The notes under the pieces are model-generated. The model made no database searches and was not told the origin of the DNA. It worked only from the letters and a program-made list of their open reading frames with translations. Positions 31,335 through 42,630 of a stretch of DNA of 64,000 nucleotides are shown in pieces. The stretch comes from Escherichia coli. Lineage in GTDB: Bacteria > Pseudomonadota > Gammaproteobacteria > Enterobacterales > Enterobacteriaceae. Where the stretch lies: assembly GCF_051903065.1 (NCBI RefSeq), contig NZ_CP178438.1. The stretch is one strand, 5' to 3'. Made by a program: the position numbers and the translations under genes. The stretch's first letter is position 1. Each line of letters begins with the position of its first letter.

Positions 31335-31613
31335 TTACTGCTGTGACGCCTGCTGAAACAGGTTTTCCCACATATCGGTCACCAGCGCCTGGTCACGCGG
31401 CGACAATTCACCAGCACCAATGGCTTTTTCCAGACTCTGGCTAACGGTCGTATGCACCGCCTGAGCGGAGTGGTCATCACCACTTTCCAGTTCTGCGATG
31501 GCTAATGTCAGGTGGCCACGCAAATACCCACTGGCAAACAACTCATCATCACTGGCATGGTCAACCATACCGTCGATTAATGCCAGAATGCGTGATTCAA
31601 ACTCCGCGATCAT
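31335..31613 (-). CDS. yfcL: YfcL family protein
   Basis: 92-aa ORF recognised as YfcL; position upstream of epmC. Confidence 0.8.
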
Positions 31614-31646
31614 CTTCTTTCCTCATTGTAAAACGTGGCGCTGGCT

Positions 31647-32195
31647 TCAGTTGAGCGCTTCCGGCCACGGGAACTGTTCCGCCGTAAGTTCCGGCGTGTG
31701 ATAATAATTTTGTAGTGCTTTAATGAAACGTGCCGGGCGTTCCGGAATGCCATTTGTTAGATAATCCATCACCTGCGCATGTACTCGCCGTTGAAACACC
31801 ACGCGGTCCGGTTCGAAGTCGCCTTCCAGATTGTCGCAACTGACGTTAAACGGATATCCAGCCGCCACGCAGAACAACCAGTCGAGCGCCTGCGGCTTCA
31901 CTTCAACATCTTCAAACTGGCTTTGCGTTTGGGCATCGCGTCCGTCCGGGCAATACCAGTAGCCGAAATCAACCAGCTCACGGCGCGCTTTTCCGGCAAT
32001 ACACCAGTGCGAAATCTCATGAATTGCGCTGGCATAAAAGCCATGAGCAAAGACGATTCGGTTATACGGTACTTCCGCATCAGCAGGAAGATAGATCGGT
32101 TCGTCGTCGCCTTTAATCAGACGGGTATTAAAATCATCGGCAAAGCAGCTATTAAAAATTTCAATCAACTGCTCATAGTGGTGTGTACTGTTCAT
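31647..32195 (-). CDS. epmC: elongation factor P hydroxylase
   Basis: 182 aa recognised as YfcM/EpmC. Confidence 0.85.
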   Translation of the reverse strand: MNSTHHYEQLIEIFNSCFADDFNTRLIKGDDEPIYLPADAEVPYNRIVFAHGFYASAIHEISHWCIAGKARRELVDFGYWYCPDGRDAQTQSQFEDVEVKPQALDWLFCVAAGYPFNVSCDNLEGDFEPDRVVFQRRVHAQVMDYLTNGIPERPARFIKALQNYYHTPELTAEQFPWPEALN

Positions 32196-33004
32196 TAGTT
32201 CATCCCCAACCAGTGGAGGATCTCCTGTCCGTGGCTATCGTAAAGTAATTTGGCACTCATCACCGCGGAGACGATAACAATCATCGGGCGGATCAGCTTT
32301 TGTCCTTTGCTCAACACCAGTCGTGAACCCATGCGCGCGCCGAGGAACTGCCCCACCAGCATCACAAAGCCCGTCGCCCAAATCACTTTGCCGCCGAGAA
32401 TAAACAGCAGCAAACCACCGATGTTTGACGTTGCGTTGAGTAATTTGGCGTGAGCCGTGGCTTTGGCGAGGTTGAATCCGCACAGCGTAACAAAGGCCAG
32501 CGCGTAAAACGATCCGGCTGCCGGACCAAAGAATCCGTCATAAAAACCGACGCAGCCACCGGCAATTAACGCGAAGGGTAAACCGTACATCCGGCGCTGG
32601 CGATCTTCTTCACCCAGCTTTGGCATCAGCAAGAAATAGAGGCCGATACAAATCACCAGAATGGGCAAAATCTGCCGTAAGACATCAGCCTGAACGTACT
32701 GTACCAGCAGCGCGCCGCTCATTGAGCCGACAAAGGTCATGGCGATATTGAGTTTCTGATCGCTTAAACTAACCACTTTGCGGCGAATAAAGTAGATAGT
32801 GGCGGAAATAGAGCCGCCGCAGGCTTGCAGTTTATTGGTTGCCAGCGCATTAGCGGGAGACATCCCCGCCGCCATCAATGCCGGAATGGTGAGTAACCCA
32901 CCGCCACCGGCAATCGAGTCGATAAATCCCGCCAGCATGGCGACAAAAAAGAGAACTCCCAGCAACAGCGGGGAAACCATAAACAGGCTATTAAACGTTT
33001 CCAT
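32195..33004 (-). CDS. yfcA: TauE/SafE family inner membrane protein
   Basis: 269 aa polytopic membrane protein. Confidence 0.85.
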   Translation of the reverse strand: METFNSLFMVSPLLLGVLFFVAMLAGFIDSIAGGGGLLTIPALMAAGMSPANALATNKLQACGGSISATIYFIRRKVVSLSDQKLNIAMTFVGSMSGALLVQYVQADVLRQILPILVICIGLYFLLMPKLGEEDRQRRMYGLPFALIAGGCVGFYDGFFGPAAGSFYALAFVTLCGFNLAKATAHAKLLNATSNIGGLLLFILGGKVIWATGFVMLVGQFLGARMGSRLVLSKGQKLIRPMIVIVSAVMSAKLLYDSHGQEILHWLGMN

Positions 33005-33828
33005 TAGATCACGTGCTCATCCAGTAGCGCCTGGCAGGAAGGCGGCAACGGAGGCGGTGTCTTCTTCTCAGGCTTTGTTGTTCCCGGTTTTGGAGGTTCA
33101 AACCAGCTTTGCAGTTCTGCCCCGCAACCATCGCCTGGTGGCGGTAAAGGTTGATCTTCACACTCCAGACTATCGGCAGGACAACGTAATCGTACATGCA
33201 TATGCGCACGATGCTGGAACCAGGGTCGCACTTTGCGCAACCAGTCGCGATCGGTGCCCGCATCAAGGCAAAGTTGTTGTTTAATCGCCGGATTAACAAA
33301 AATGCGCGTGACGTCTTTGTCCTGGGCGGCGAGTTTGATCAAGCTGAAAATTTCCGGCTTCCACAGCGTGGGGACAACGCGTTTACCGTCGCGGGATACT
33401 AAGTCCAGTGCTTGCGGGCGCAAGAGCTGCGCGGAGGTCCAGCGAGTTTTCGGCAGTTGCAGAAAAATATCGACATCCAGTCCGGTCTGGTGGCTGGCAT
33501 GACCGCCGTTGAAACGCCCACCAGCGGGCATCCCCATATCGCCAATCAGCACCGTACCCATGCCCAGATTGCTCACCTGGCTACTCAGACGCTGGATAAA
33601 CATCACCAGGTCCGGGTGACCGAAATAGCGACGCTGATCGGTACGCATGACCTGATAATGTTCGGACTGTATCGGCAGCGTGTCAGCGCCGACGATACAG
33701 CCATTAGAAAAACTGCCTATCGATTGTGCGCTACCCGGCACAGGTTGGGTTATTTTTTGCCACGGCGTCGCTGCCAGGCTGACGCTACTGGCAAGCAGGG
33801 CCAGTAGCGCAATCGCGGTTTTGTTCAT
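33004..33828 (-). CDS. mepA: penicillin-insensitive murein DD-endopeptidase
   Basis: 274 aa with signal peptide [19 protein letters not shown]. Confidence 0.9.
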   Translation of the reverse strand: MNKTAIALLALLASSVSLAATPWQKITQPVPGSAQSIGSFSNGCIVGADTLPIQSEHYQVMRTDQRRYFGHPDLVMFIQRLSSQVSNLGMGTVLIGDMGMPAGGRFNGGHASHQTGLDVDIFLQLPKTRWTSAQLLRPQALDLVSRDGKRVVPTLWKPEIFSLIKLAAQDKDVTRIFVNPAIKQQLCLDAGTDRDWLRKVRPWFQHRAHMHVRLRCPADSLECEDQPLPPPGDGCGAELQSWFEPPKPGTTKPEKKTPPPLPPSCQALLDEHVI

Positions 33829-33831
33829 TTT

Positions 33832-34917
33832 TTACCAGCGTGGAATATCAGTCTTCACATCGGCATTTTGCGCCCGCTGCCGTAACAGGTGATCCATTAA
33901 TACGATCGCCAGCATCGCTTCTGCGATCGGCACGGCGCGGATCCCGACACAGGGATCGTGACGGCCTTTGGTGATCATCTCAACTTCTTCGCCAAAGCGG
34001 TTAATGGTGCGCCCCGGCACGGTAATGCTGGAGGTCGGTTTCAGCGCCATATGGGCAATGATTTGCTGCCCGCTGCTGATACCGCCAAGAATGCCGCCCG
34101 CATGGTTGCTCTGGAAACCGTCTTTGGTGATTTCGTCGCGATTCTGACTGCCGCGCAGCGCCACTACGTCAAAACCGTCGCCAATTTCCACGCCTTTCAC
34201 CGCGTTGATGCTCATCAGCGCATGGGCGATGTCGGCATCCAGGCGGTCAAAGACCGGCTCACCAAGCCCGGCAGGAACGCCACTGGCAACAACGGTGACT
34301 TTCGCGCCAATAGAGTCGCCCTCTTTTTTCAGCGCGCGCATCAGTTCATCTAACGCGTCGATTTTGTCCGGGTCCGGGCAGAAGAACGGATTTTGTTCAA
34401 CCTGCGACCAGTCTTTGATTTCCAGCGGAATGTCGCCCATCTGGGTCAGGCAGCCGCGGATTTCAATACCAAATTTCTCGGCGAGATATTTTTTGGCAAT
34501 CGCCCCTGCCGCCACGCGCATGGCGGTTTCGCGGGCGGAAGAACGTCCGCCGCCGCGATAATCACGCAGACCGTATTTTTGTTCGTAGGTGTAATCAGCA
34601 TGGCCTGGGCGGAAAACGTCTTTAATTGCGCTGTAATCCTGAGAACGCTGATCGGTATTTTCGATCAACAAACCAATGCTGGTGCCGGTAGTAACACCTT
34701 CAAAAACACCGGAGAGAATTTTGACCTGATCCGGCTCACGACGCTGGGTGGTATAGCGCGATGTCCCAGGGCGACGACGATCAAGGTCATGTTGCAGGTC
34801 CGCTTCCGTCAGCGGAATGCCTGGCGGAACACCATCGACGATGCAGCCGAGCGCCAGCCCGTGCGATTCGCCGAAGGTGGTTACGCGAAAGAGTTGTCCA
34901 ATTGTGTTTCCAGCCAT
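33832..34917 (-). CDS. aroC: chorismate synthase
   Basis: Start [20 protein letters not shown]. Confidence 0.97.
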   Translation of the reverse strand: MAGNTIGQLFRVTTFGESHGLALGCIVDGVPPGIPLTEADLQHDLDRRRPGTSRYTTQRREPDQVKILSGVFEGVTTGTSIGLLIENTDQRSQDYSAIKDVFRPGHADYTYEQKYGLRDYRGGGRSSARETAMRVAAGAIAKKYLAEKFGIEIRGCLTQMGDIPLEIKDWSQVEQNPFFCPDPDKIDALDELMRALKKEGDSIGAKVTVVASGVPAGLGEPVFDRLDADIAHALMSINAVKGVEIGDGFDVVALRGSQNRDEITKDGFQSNHAGGILGGISSGQQIIAHMALKPTSSITVPGRTINRFGEEVEMITKGRHDPCVGIRAVPIAEAMLAIVLMDHLLRQRAQNADVKTDIPRW

Positions 34918-34951
34918 CACGGCTCCGTTATTGTTGTGTTTGCGTGTTTAC

Positions 34952-35884
34952 TTAATCTTTATAAATCGCGAAATGTTCACGGGCCGCCAGCAGCTGCTCT
35001 TTGGTGAGCATAAACACACCATCGCCGCCGTTATCAAACTCCAGCCAGGTGAACGGAACATCCGGATATTGTTCCATAAGATGTACCATGCTGTTGCCGA
35101 CTTCACAAATCAGCACACCATCATCAGCAAGGTAATCTGCCGCGTTACCGAGAATGCGACGCGTCAGTTTCAGGCCGTCAGTGCCAGATGCCAGGCCCAG
35201 TTCCGGCTCGTGACGGTATTCGTTTGGCAGGTCGGACATATCTTCCGCATCGACATACGGCGGGTTAGTGACGATCAGGTCGTACTGCACTTTCGGCAAA
35301 TCACGGAACAGATCGGAACGAATCGGAATGACGTTGTGGATCAGACCGTGTTCTTCGATGTTCTGTTCGGCAACCGCCAGCGCGTCGGGAGAGATATCCA
35401 CCGCGTCGACTTCCGCATCCGGGAAGGCATAAGCACAGGCAATGGCGATGCAGCCGCTACCGGTACACATATCTAAAATATGCTGCGGTTGCTTGCTGAT
35501 AAGTCCGGCAAATTTATTGTTGATCAATTCACCAATCGGCGAGCGCGGCACCAGCACGCGTTCATCGACGTAAAATTCATGGCCGCAGAACCACGCTTTG
35601 TTGGTCAGGTAAGCTACCGGAATGCGTTCGTTGACTCGGCGGATCACGCGCTCAACAATACGATGTTTTTCGCTGGAGGTCAGACGCGCGGTGCGCATAT
35701 CTTCCGGAATATCCAGCGGCAGGTAGAGCGACGGCAATACCAGCTGTACGGCTTCATCCCACGGGTTATCGGTGCCGTGACCGTACCAGATATTTGCCGC
35801 GCTGAAGCGGCTTACCGACCAGCGCAACATGTCCTGAATGGTTTGCAGCTCATTTACTGCTTCATCAACGAAAATTTTATCCAC
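34952..35884 (-). CDS. prmB: ribosomal protein uL3 glutamine methyltransferase
   Basis: GTG start giving [13 protein letters not shown]...; NPPY methyltransferase motif; the six-frame ORF runs further upstream. Confidence 0.9.
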   Translation of the reverse strand: MDKIFVDEAVNELQTIQDMLRWSVSRFSAANIWYGHGTDNPWDEAVQLVLPSLYLPLDIPEDMRTARLTSSEKHRIVERVIRRVNERIPVAYLTNKAWFCGHEFYVDERVLVPRSPIGELINNKFAGLISKQPQHILDMCTGSGCIAIACAYAFPDAEVDAVDISPDALAVAEQNIEEHGLIHNVIPIRSDLFRDLPKVQYDLIVTNPPYVDAEDMSDLPNEYRHEPELGLASGTDGLKLTRRILGNAADYLADDGVLICEVGNSMVHLMEQYPDVPFTWLEFDNGGDGVFMLTKEQLLAAREHFAIYKD

Positions 35885-36049
35885 GTATTCCTCCAGGGCA
35901 TGATCGCAATAATTTCGGCGGCTAGTTTGCCATGAAGATGACGATAAATCAGCATTCACGCGCGGTGAGTGAGGAAAAATACGTTTAAAACGATCGATTG
36001 CGCTACGAGTCGGGTAAACTGTAGGAAAATTAGAAATAGAGACAGATAA

Positions 36050-36601
36050 ATGAAAAAGAAAACAACACTTAGCGAGGAGGACCAGGCTCTGTTTCGCCAG
36101 TTGATGGCGGGGACTCGCAAGATTAAGCAGGACACGATTGTCCATCGGCCACAGCGTAAAAAAGTCAGCGAAGTGCCGGTGAAACGCTTGATCCAGGAGC
36201 AGGCTGATGCCAGCCATTATTTCTCAGATGAGTTTCAGCCGTTACTGAATACCGAAGGCCCAGTGAAATATGTCCGCCCGGATGTTAGTCATTTTGAAGC
36301 GAAGAAGTTGCGACGCGGTGATTATTCGCCGGAATTGTTTTTGGATTTACACGGTCTGACGCAGCTACAGGCCAAGCAGGAACTGGGGGCGTTGATTGCC
36401 GCCTGCCGCCGTGAACATGTGTTTTGCGCTTGCGTAATGCACGGGCACGGGAAGCATATTTTAAAACAGCAAACGCCGCTGTGGCTGGCACAACATCCGC
36501 ATGTAATGGCATTTCACCAGGCGCCGAAAGAGTACGGCGGAGATGCAGCGTTGTTAGTGTTGATTGAAGTGGAAGAGTGGCTACCGCCGGAGTTGCCATG
36601 A
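36050..36601 (+). CDS. smrB: Smr-domain ribosome-rescue endonuclease
   Basis: 183 aa with C-terminal Smr domain; divergent from prmB. Confidence 0.85.
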   Translation: MKKKTTLSEEDQALFRQLMAGTRKIKQDTIVHRPQRKKVSEVPVKRLIQEQADASHYFSDEFQPLLNTEGPVKYVRPDVSHFEAKKLRRGDYSPELFLDLHGLTQLQAKQELGALIAACRREHVFCACVMHGHGKHILKQQTPLWLAQHPHVMAFHQAPKEYGGDAALLVLIEVEEWLPPELP

Positions 36602-36604
36602 ATA

Positions 36605-36770
36605 TTAAGTGCCGGATGTGGCACTGGCACCGAATGCCGGATGCGGCGTGAACGCCTTATCCGGCCTACAAAGTGTGCAAATTCAATACGTTGTCATTCA
36701 TTTGTAGGCCTGATAAGACGCGTCAGCGTCGCATCAGGCATCAGCACACAACCGCCGGATGCGGCGTGCT
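36605..36770. repeat. REP/BIME cluster
   Basis: Several gccggatgcggcgtgaacgccttatccggcctac / aggcctgataagacgcg palindromes. Confidence 0.6.
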
Positions 36771-37626
36771 AGAACATATTCAACACATACTGAAAGCGAC
36801 ACGTTGAATCAATAGGCTGCAATGCGCTGGTATCTACGCGCACCACAATATCATGCAGTTGCCTGTCAGTAATCGGATGCGGAACCGGCGTCACCGTCAC
36901 TTTGGCATCATCGCAGCCTGATGCGGTAAAGGTGATCATCTGCGAAACAAAACGGCAACTAGCCCCGCGATCGTCAAAAAGGCTACCATCACACAACTTC
37001 TGACTTTCCATTAAATAGGTCGACAGGGTTGTCTCAATGATCCCCCCTGTGGATTGCAGATTTAATGTTTTTTTATGCTTCACCGTATTCTCATCCCAGG
37101 AAACATCATATGTCGTCAGCGGAATTGACGGACAGACGGAGTTATGGACTTTAGGGCCGACATAGGTAGCCCCTACATTCCCCTTGTCCGTGGTAGTAAT
37201 CTGGCTTGACACTAACCACGGACACCCCTGCACATCCCCGGTTACAGTGACTTTTAAATCAGCAGAATAACAATCCCAGCCGTTGTCGGTCGCAGGTACA
37301 CTGGAAAGGCCAGGACAACTAGACATAGGTAAGCCGTCCGAATGGTCCAAATATACGGTAGGTGCAGGTATTGAAGACGGACCGTTCCAACTTATTAAGT
37401 CTAAATTGCCAACTTGAAGCATCATGGAATTATGCGACTTATAGGTGCCTGTATAAACGCCTGCTGGAGTAACAACCTCCAGACTAAACACTATTTTTGC
37501 CAGGAAGCTTGGAACCCCCATAGGCGTATACATCTGAAATGTCTGCGCCTGGGCCGTCAGGCTCAACAACATCAGCGTCAGCAACCCCATAAAATTTCGT
37601 AGTAGTTTCATCTTAAATGTACTCAA
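36769..37626 (-). CDS. yfcO: fimbrial-operon protein (DUF2544, putative tip/minor subunit)
   Basis: Signal peptide MKLLRNFMGLLTLMLLSLTAQA; last gene of the chaperone-usher operon; start may be 37611. Confidence 0.7.
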   Translation of the reverse strand: MSTFKMKLLRNFMGLLTLMLLSLTAQAQTFQMYTPMGVPSFLAKIVFSLEVVTPAGVYTGTYKSHNSMMLQVGNLDLISWNGPSSIPAPTVYLDHSDGLPMSSCPGLSSVPATDNGWDCYSADLKVTVTGDVQGCPWLVSSQITTTDKGNVGATYVGPKVHNSVCPSIPLTTYDVSWDENTVKHKKTLNLQSTGGIIETTLSTYLMESQKLCDGSLFDDRGASCRFVSQMITFTASGCDDAKVTVTPVPHPITDRQLHDIVVRVDTSALQPIDSTCRFQYVLNMF

Positions 37627-38137
37627 AAGTGGCAGTCAGGCTGGCGGTAAAGTCACCAGAAGTTACGTCACGACCGCTTTTCGCCTGCAACCAGGCATTA
37701 AAATTGAGGTTATTCGCGCCGTTACTGAGGTTAAAGGTGGCACCGGCAGAATCGTTAAGCGGCACCCAGGTACCGTCGGACTTTTCCATACCAATCCCTA
37801 CCCCCTGCGCACCCGAAGCCGGGTCAAGCGCCAGAAATCCTGGCTGTTCGCTGTCTTCCGTACCGGTCAGCGTGACTTTGACCTGGTAATCCGCTGGGCC
37901 TTTGCAATCTTTCAACTTAAAGACCACCGGCACCCTGGCAGACTGCCCCGCAACCATTAAATCCTGACTGCTAACGGTGGGGAAATGCACTTCCGCCAGC
38001 AGTTCACCGTCCACCACCAGGGTGCAGGATTTACTCAATAAATTGCCGTAAAAATGCAGATTGTCCGCCGCCAACGTGGTTCCGCTGGCGGCAAGCAGCA
38101 GGCCTGTCAGGAGCATACATCCGGTCGTTGTTTTCAT
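37613..38137 (-). CDS. yfcP: fimbrial minor subunit
   Basis: 174 aa with signal peptide; fimbrial subunit C-terminal beta strand. Confidence 0.7.
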   Translation of the reverse strand: MKTTTGCMLLTGLLLAASGTTLAADNLHFYGNLLSKSCTLVVDGELLAEVHFPTVSSQDLMVAGQSARVPVVFKLKDCKGPADYQVKVTLTGTEDSEQPGFLALDPASGAQGVGIGMEKSDGTWVPLNDSAGATFNLSNGANNLNFNAWLQAKSGRDVTSGDFTASLTATFEYI

Positions 38138-38619
38138 TGATAATCCACCCGTAATGTTGCGTACGCTGAAAACGCGCCGTCATTTAATGTGGCACCGCTC
38201 GCTTTTACCGGCACAGCCTCCAGCTTCGGCTTTTGTGTCAAATCCGTGGCGTTAATGGTCAGCGGGGTATTGAGCTGAAAACGCTGCCCGTTCTGCAAAA
38301 GCTGAATACCGAATCCCGGAACATCGGTTTCGATGGCTGCGTCGTTGTAGCTGGTTTGCGTGCCCGTCCAGGTGAGCGTCATCTCCCAGGCCTCATTGCG
38401 AACGTCGGAGTCACATTTGATGGTGTACGGCACCTCCTGGCGGGCGTAGTTGCCATCAATACTGTCGATAAGCACATCGCGAAATTCCAGCTCAATGGTC
38501 CGGCCTTCGTTGATGGTGCAGGCAGGCGGCGACACCAGCGTGCCGTGAAAGGTGATATCCTGTGAGGCCAGAACGCCCCCGCATACACCACAAATCAGCA
38601 AAAGTGCGAGTCGTTTCAT
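38134..38619 (-). CDS. yfcQ: fimbrial minor subunit
   Basis: 161 aa with signal peptide. Confidence 0.7.
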   Translation of the reverse strand: MKRLALLLICGVCGGVLASQDITFHGTLVSPPACTINEGRTIELEFRDVLIDSIDGNYARQEVPYTIKCDSDVRNEAWEMTLTWTGTQTSYNDAAIETDVPGFGIQLLQNGQRFQLNTPLTINATDLTQKPKLEAVPVKASGATLNDGAFSAYATLRVDYQ

Positions 38620-39119
38620 TGGTAATCCACCACCATCGTCATACTGGCGTTAAATTCCGCTGGCGCGAGTTGCACGCCGCTTTGTTTTACCGGCACCGCC
38701 TTCAGCTGCGGCAGGCTGTTAAACGCAAAAGACGTCCAGTTATTTTCACCAATGGAAAAAAGGGAGTTATCGGAGGCGTTTTCGATACGGATGCCAAACC
38801 CGGCAATGCCTGCATCGAGCACAGTTTCACCGTTCACGGTGGTGGTAGTGCCCTTCAGTTGCATCCGCAGATCGTCTGACAGACGCCCCGAACAGTCGAG
38901 GGTATAGCCCGCGTTCTGGCGGTAATTGTTGCCATCGATACTGGCGATCAGCACATCGCCAAACTCCACCGCACTACCGGTAACGGTACAGGGCGGCGGC
39001 GCATCCACCCTGACTTTAAGCTCCAGAGTGATGGGTCTGGTTTCCGCACTGGCAACATTCCCCGCCACGTTACAGGCCAGCAGCGCAATGCCCGAGCCTG
39101 CAAGTAAAATTCTTCTCAT
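38616..39119 (-). CDS. yfcR: fimbrial minor subunit
   Basis: 167 aa with signal peptide. Confidence 0.7.
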   Translation of the reverse strand: MRRILLAGSGIALLACNVAGNVASAETRPITLELKVRVDAPPPCTVTGSAVEFGDVLIASIDGNNYRQNAGYTLDCSGRLSDDLRMQLKGTTTTVNGETVLDAGIAGFGIRIENASDNSLFSIGENNWTSFAFNSLPQLKAVPVKQSGVQLAPAEFNASMTMVVDYQ

Positions 39120-39134
39120 CAGACTCTCCCGGCA

Positions 39135-39887
39135 TCAGCCTTTGCGGCTCTGCTCTGCATCCACCTGGCAGGTATCGCCGCCACATTTGAAATACAGCGG
39201 CATCCGCGCGCCATAGTCGTTGACGTAGGTCAGCACCGGGACGCTATCCATTTTGACCTTCAGCGGCACAGAGGTTTTTGGCGATATCACCATGGGGGAA
39301 AATCCCGCTGCCGGATTGCCATTTTTTTGTGCACTAGCGTTACTGATAACCACGAAGTACGGCGTCGGGTTATTGACAGTAAACTCCTGGCCGCTGCGGG
39401 TTAAGGTCACCTTATGCTGCCATGGATTTTTCATGCTGACGTTTTCCAGCGCCTTTGGTCGCCAGAACAGCTTGATGCGCGTTTGCAGCGCAATCTGTAA
39501 CGTGTTGGGTTTGTTCGATTTCGGCGGAATTTCACGCACGTTGAAGTAGAACACGCTCTCGCGGTCGGCAGGCAGCTTGTTGATATCCGGCATCCCCTGC
39601 ACCTTCACCTGGCCGTTCATCATGGAATCGATGCGCTGCACCGGCGGCAGGACCGTCAGTGGCGAGCTAATCCTGTTACCCTGTTCATCTTCCATCCAGC
39701 TTTGTGCCAGATACGGCATTTTCGGGTCGTTATTACGCAGCGTGACGCTGATTGATTTATCACTCTCATTAAAAATCAGGCGTGTACGGTCTGGCGTGAC
39801 AGAGGCCTGTGCTGACAGGCTGGCAGTGGTTAGTAGCAATGCCAGCAACATTGTGGATTTTTTGGCAGAGCAAAATAGATTCGTCAT
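39135..39887 (-). CDS. yfcS: periplasmic fimbrial chaperone (PapD-like)
   Basis: 250 aa; PapD-like fold with signal peptide. Confidence 0.85.
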   Translation of the reverse strand: MTNLFCSAKKSTMLLALLLTTASLSAQASVTPDRTRLIFNESDKSISVTLRNNDPKMPYLAQSWMEDEQGNRISSPLTVLPPVQRIDSMMNGQVKVQGMPDINKLPADRESVFYFNVREIPPKSNKPNTLQIALQTRIKLFWRPKALENVSMKNPWQHKVTLTRSGQEFTVNNPTPYFVVISNASAQKNGNPAAGFSPMVISPKTSVPLKVKMDSVPVLTYVNDYGARMPLYFKCGGDTCQVDAEQSRKG

Positions 39888-39909
39888 GGATCATTCCTTA
39901 ATCACGTTA

Positions 39910-42561
39910 TTAATTGGCGGATACCGATACCGGTGCTTCCGTTGGCATCACCTGCTGGGTCTGCTCCTGGATCATCGGCTTAATTTCATGAGGCATCGAA
40001 GGAGATATCCCCCCTGTTTGCTGGCATGGTAATAACAGGCCATTGAACAGATCGGCTGGCAGCGGGTCAGGCAGATGAATATCGCAGTGGGCCACACCGC
40101 CCCATGAAACGATCATATGCTCGCCAGGTTTGACGCCCGCGAGGTAGACGTTGCCGTCATCGTCAACCAGACCGACGTTCTGCGCGCTGTCGTTTTTCAC
40201 TTCCGCGCCAAACGGCGGATAACTGCCATCTTGCAGACGCAGCACCGCCATCGCTTTTTGCCCGCTGATCACCGAGAACTTACGGTAGCCAATGGCCCCT
40301 TCGGTAAGGGTGGCCTGCACCACGGACTGGGTGGCTTCGGCGTTTTCCGGCAGGTTGTTTAGGTCGATATACGCCTGGTTGCGGTAGTAGTTGTTGACGT
40401 CGGCCACCACGGCCTTACCGAACATATTGGTGTAAACCGCCGCGCCATTTCCTTCCACCGGAACACCGGCCACACCATCGGCATCAATCAGCAGGCGCGT
40501 ACCGCCCATATTCTGGGTACGGTGGAGCGCGCCACCCTGCGCGGTCAGCGTCGCCCCGCCCTGTAAGGAAATACCTGCCGAGGTGTACTGTCCTTCATGG
40601 TAGTTGGCGCTGAGGTCCACCTGCGCCAGCGAGCCATCGTGGCTGTAATAGCCGTCAACGCTGGAGTGTTTGTCACTGGTCCCCACGTTCAGCTGGTAGT
40701 GAGTTGCGTCATCGACACGGCTGAAATACCCCACCTGGCTGCTGTCCGAACCGCTGCCGTAGTTGCCGTTATAGCTGATGGTGCTGCTGTCACCCCACGG
40801 CATACTGAGCGATATGTACACACCTTTATCGGCCTGGTTGTCATACTCGTAGCGGTATCCGGTCATGGAAATGCTCATGTTGCGGATACTGCCCAGGTTG
40901 AAGTAGTGCGAGAGCATGATGTTGTAGTTAGTCTGTTCGTCGCGATCCCAGTAGGTATGGCGGGTGTAGTTGAGATAAACAGACACACCGGCATCCCTGA
41001 AGTTCTGGTTATAGGTGGCGGTGTACATCTCTTTGTCGTTGCCGGTGCGCACCATTTCGCTGTCGCTGGCATCGAGATACTCGCTCATGGTCATGAAGTT
41101 CTCTTCCGAGAAGCGGTATCCGGCAAAAGTGACGCGGCTGTTCAGTTCATCGAAGTCTTTGGAATAGCTCACGCGAAACGAGTTACCGTCCAGTGACCCT
41201 TTACCGTAGGCGGTCTCTTTATCCAGGCGGGTATGCGAGTGGGTGATATCAAAGGCGACTGCGCCAAAGACAGACAGGTCGCGACCGACGCCAAGTGCCG
41301 CCGACTGATAGTGTTCATCTGCCAGCGCCCCGCCGTATAGCGACCAGCCGTTGGCAATCCCCCAGGAAGCTTCGCCGCCGGAGAAGAAACCGCCTTCCAC
41401 GTGGTGCCCCCACTCCTGCGGGCGGCCCATCATCAGTTTATAGCGCACCTGGCCGGGGCGGGTCAGGAACGGCATTGACGCAGTGTTAATGTCATATTCC
41501 TGCACCTGACCGTTCTGCTCTTCAATGCGGATATGCAGCGTACCGGAGACGGAATCGCCAAGGTCCTGGATACGGAACGGCCCCGCCGGGACCTGAGTTT
41601 CGTAAATCACGCGGCCCATCTGGCTGACGGTCACTTTCGCGGTGGTGTGCGCCACGCCGGAGATATCCGGCGCATAGCCGCGCAGATTCGGCGGCAACAT
41701 TTGATCGTCGGTGCTGATACTGCCACCCACGTAGTTAAAGCCGTCGAAAATATCAGAATTCAGGTAGTCTTCGCCAAGGCCAAGTTTGGCTTTTAGCGAC
41801 GGTAAGGCTCGCCAGGCGTAGTAGCGGCTCCACTCCCAGTTTTTTTGCGTGTCATCACCGTTGATAACATCGTCATCATTGCTTTTACTATGCAAATAAT
41901 CAGTCTGCCAGTCGGCACGAAGACGCCATGCGCCGAGGTTCACCCCAACCGTCCCGTTACCGCTAATTTCATTGCTGTCATCCCCGCCATTTTCTTCATG
42001 TCGTGTCTGGGCGGTAATACTGTAGTCAGCAATTAAACCAGATATACCGTCATCCCAGCGTGAAGGCGGATCCCAGTTGATGTCGGTATATTCAAGGTAA
42101 GCCTGGGGTAATGAAATGACTAACGCTGACTGACTCAGGTCAGCTTTAATATCAATGCCTTCCAGTTGACCGGGTTTCAGGCATTTGCCGTCGTGGATCC
42201 ATTGCAGGTTTTTTGCCACATCCTCTTTTAAGCCAAACTGCGCGACCAGTTCAGGCGTCAGGCAGGCATAGGTTTTACTGGCATCGTTCTCTGAGGCGTA
42301 CCAGTAAATATCGTATTCTTCCGTCAGCGGCTGTTTATTTAGTTGAACCTGTAAATTGTATTTCCCAGGCTCGACATAACCCTGGCTGGAAAATCGCTTC
42401 AGATCGATTTTTGTGTCGCCTTTTAACTCCAGAAAACGGGAATCAAACTGAATTTCATCTTCAGCCCAGGCATTGACATAACTCCCGGACATTGCCAATG
42501 CAACGCAGCAGGGAAGTACCCGCAGTCGGAAAAGAGAATGGTCAGGCATACACGTATCCAT
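39910..42561 (-). CDS. yfcU: outer-membrane fimbrial usher, intact
   Basis: One uninterrupted 883-aa ORF (a split pseudogene in K-12). Confidence 0.85.
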   Translation of the reverse strand: MDTCMPDHSLFRLRVLPCCVALAMSGSYVNAWAEDEIQFDSRFLELKGDTKIDLKRFSSQGYVEPGKYNLQVQLNKQPLTEEYDIYWYASENDASKTYACLTPELVAQFGLKEDVAKNLQWIHDGKCLKPGQLEGIDIKADLSQSALVISLPQAYLEYTDINWDPPSRWDDGISGLIADYSITAQTRHEENGGDDSNEISGNGTVGVNLGAWRLRADWQTDYLHSKSNDDDVINGDDTQKNWEWSRYYAWRALPSLKAKLGLGEDYLNSDIFDGFNYVGGSISTDDQMLPPNLRGYAPDISGVAHTTAKVTVSQMGRVIYETQVPAGPFRIQDLGDSVSGTLHIRIEEQNGQVQEYDINTASMPFLTRPGQVRYKLMMGRPQEWGHHVEGGFFSGGEASWGIANGWSLYGGALADEHYQSAALGVGRDLSVFGAVAFDITHSHTRLDKETAYGKGSLDGNSFRVSYSKDFDELNSRVTFAGYRFSEENFMTMSEYLDASDSEMVRTGNDKEMYTATYNQNFRDAGVSVYLNYTRHTYWDRDEQTNYNIMLSHYFNLGSIRNMSISMTGYRYEYDNQADKGVYISLSMPWGDSSTISYNGNYGSGSDSSQVGYFSRVDDATHYQLNVGTSDKHSSVDGYYSHDGSLAQVDLSANYHEGQYTSAGISLQGGATLTAQGGALHRTQNMGGTRLLIDADGVAGVPVEGNGAAVYTNMFGKAVVADVNNYYRNQAYIDLNNLPENAEATQSVVQATLTEGAIGYRKFSVISGQKAMAVLRLQDGSYPPFGAEVKNDSAQNVGLVDDDGNVYLAGVKPGEHMIVSWGGVAHCDIHLPDPLPADLFNGLLLPCQQTGGISPSMPHEIKPMIQEQTQQVMPTEAPVSVSAN

Positions 42562-42630
42562 CCGTAATTATTATAATTTGCGCGAATTCCATTTAAAAAC
42601 CCCATAGCCCGAAAGCTATGGGGGTATCAC

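Noticed and set aside
34393-35476. Plus-strand ORFs of 204 and 219 aa overlapping aroC and prmB
   Set aside because: Antisense to well-supported genes; artefacts.
40117-41796. Several plus-strand ORFs (up to 199 aa) within the usher gene
   Set aside because: Antisense to the continuous 883-aa usher ORF; no independent support.
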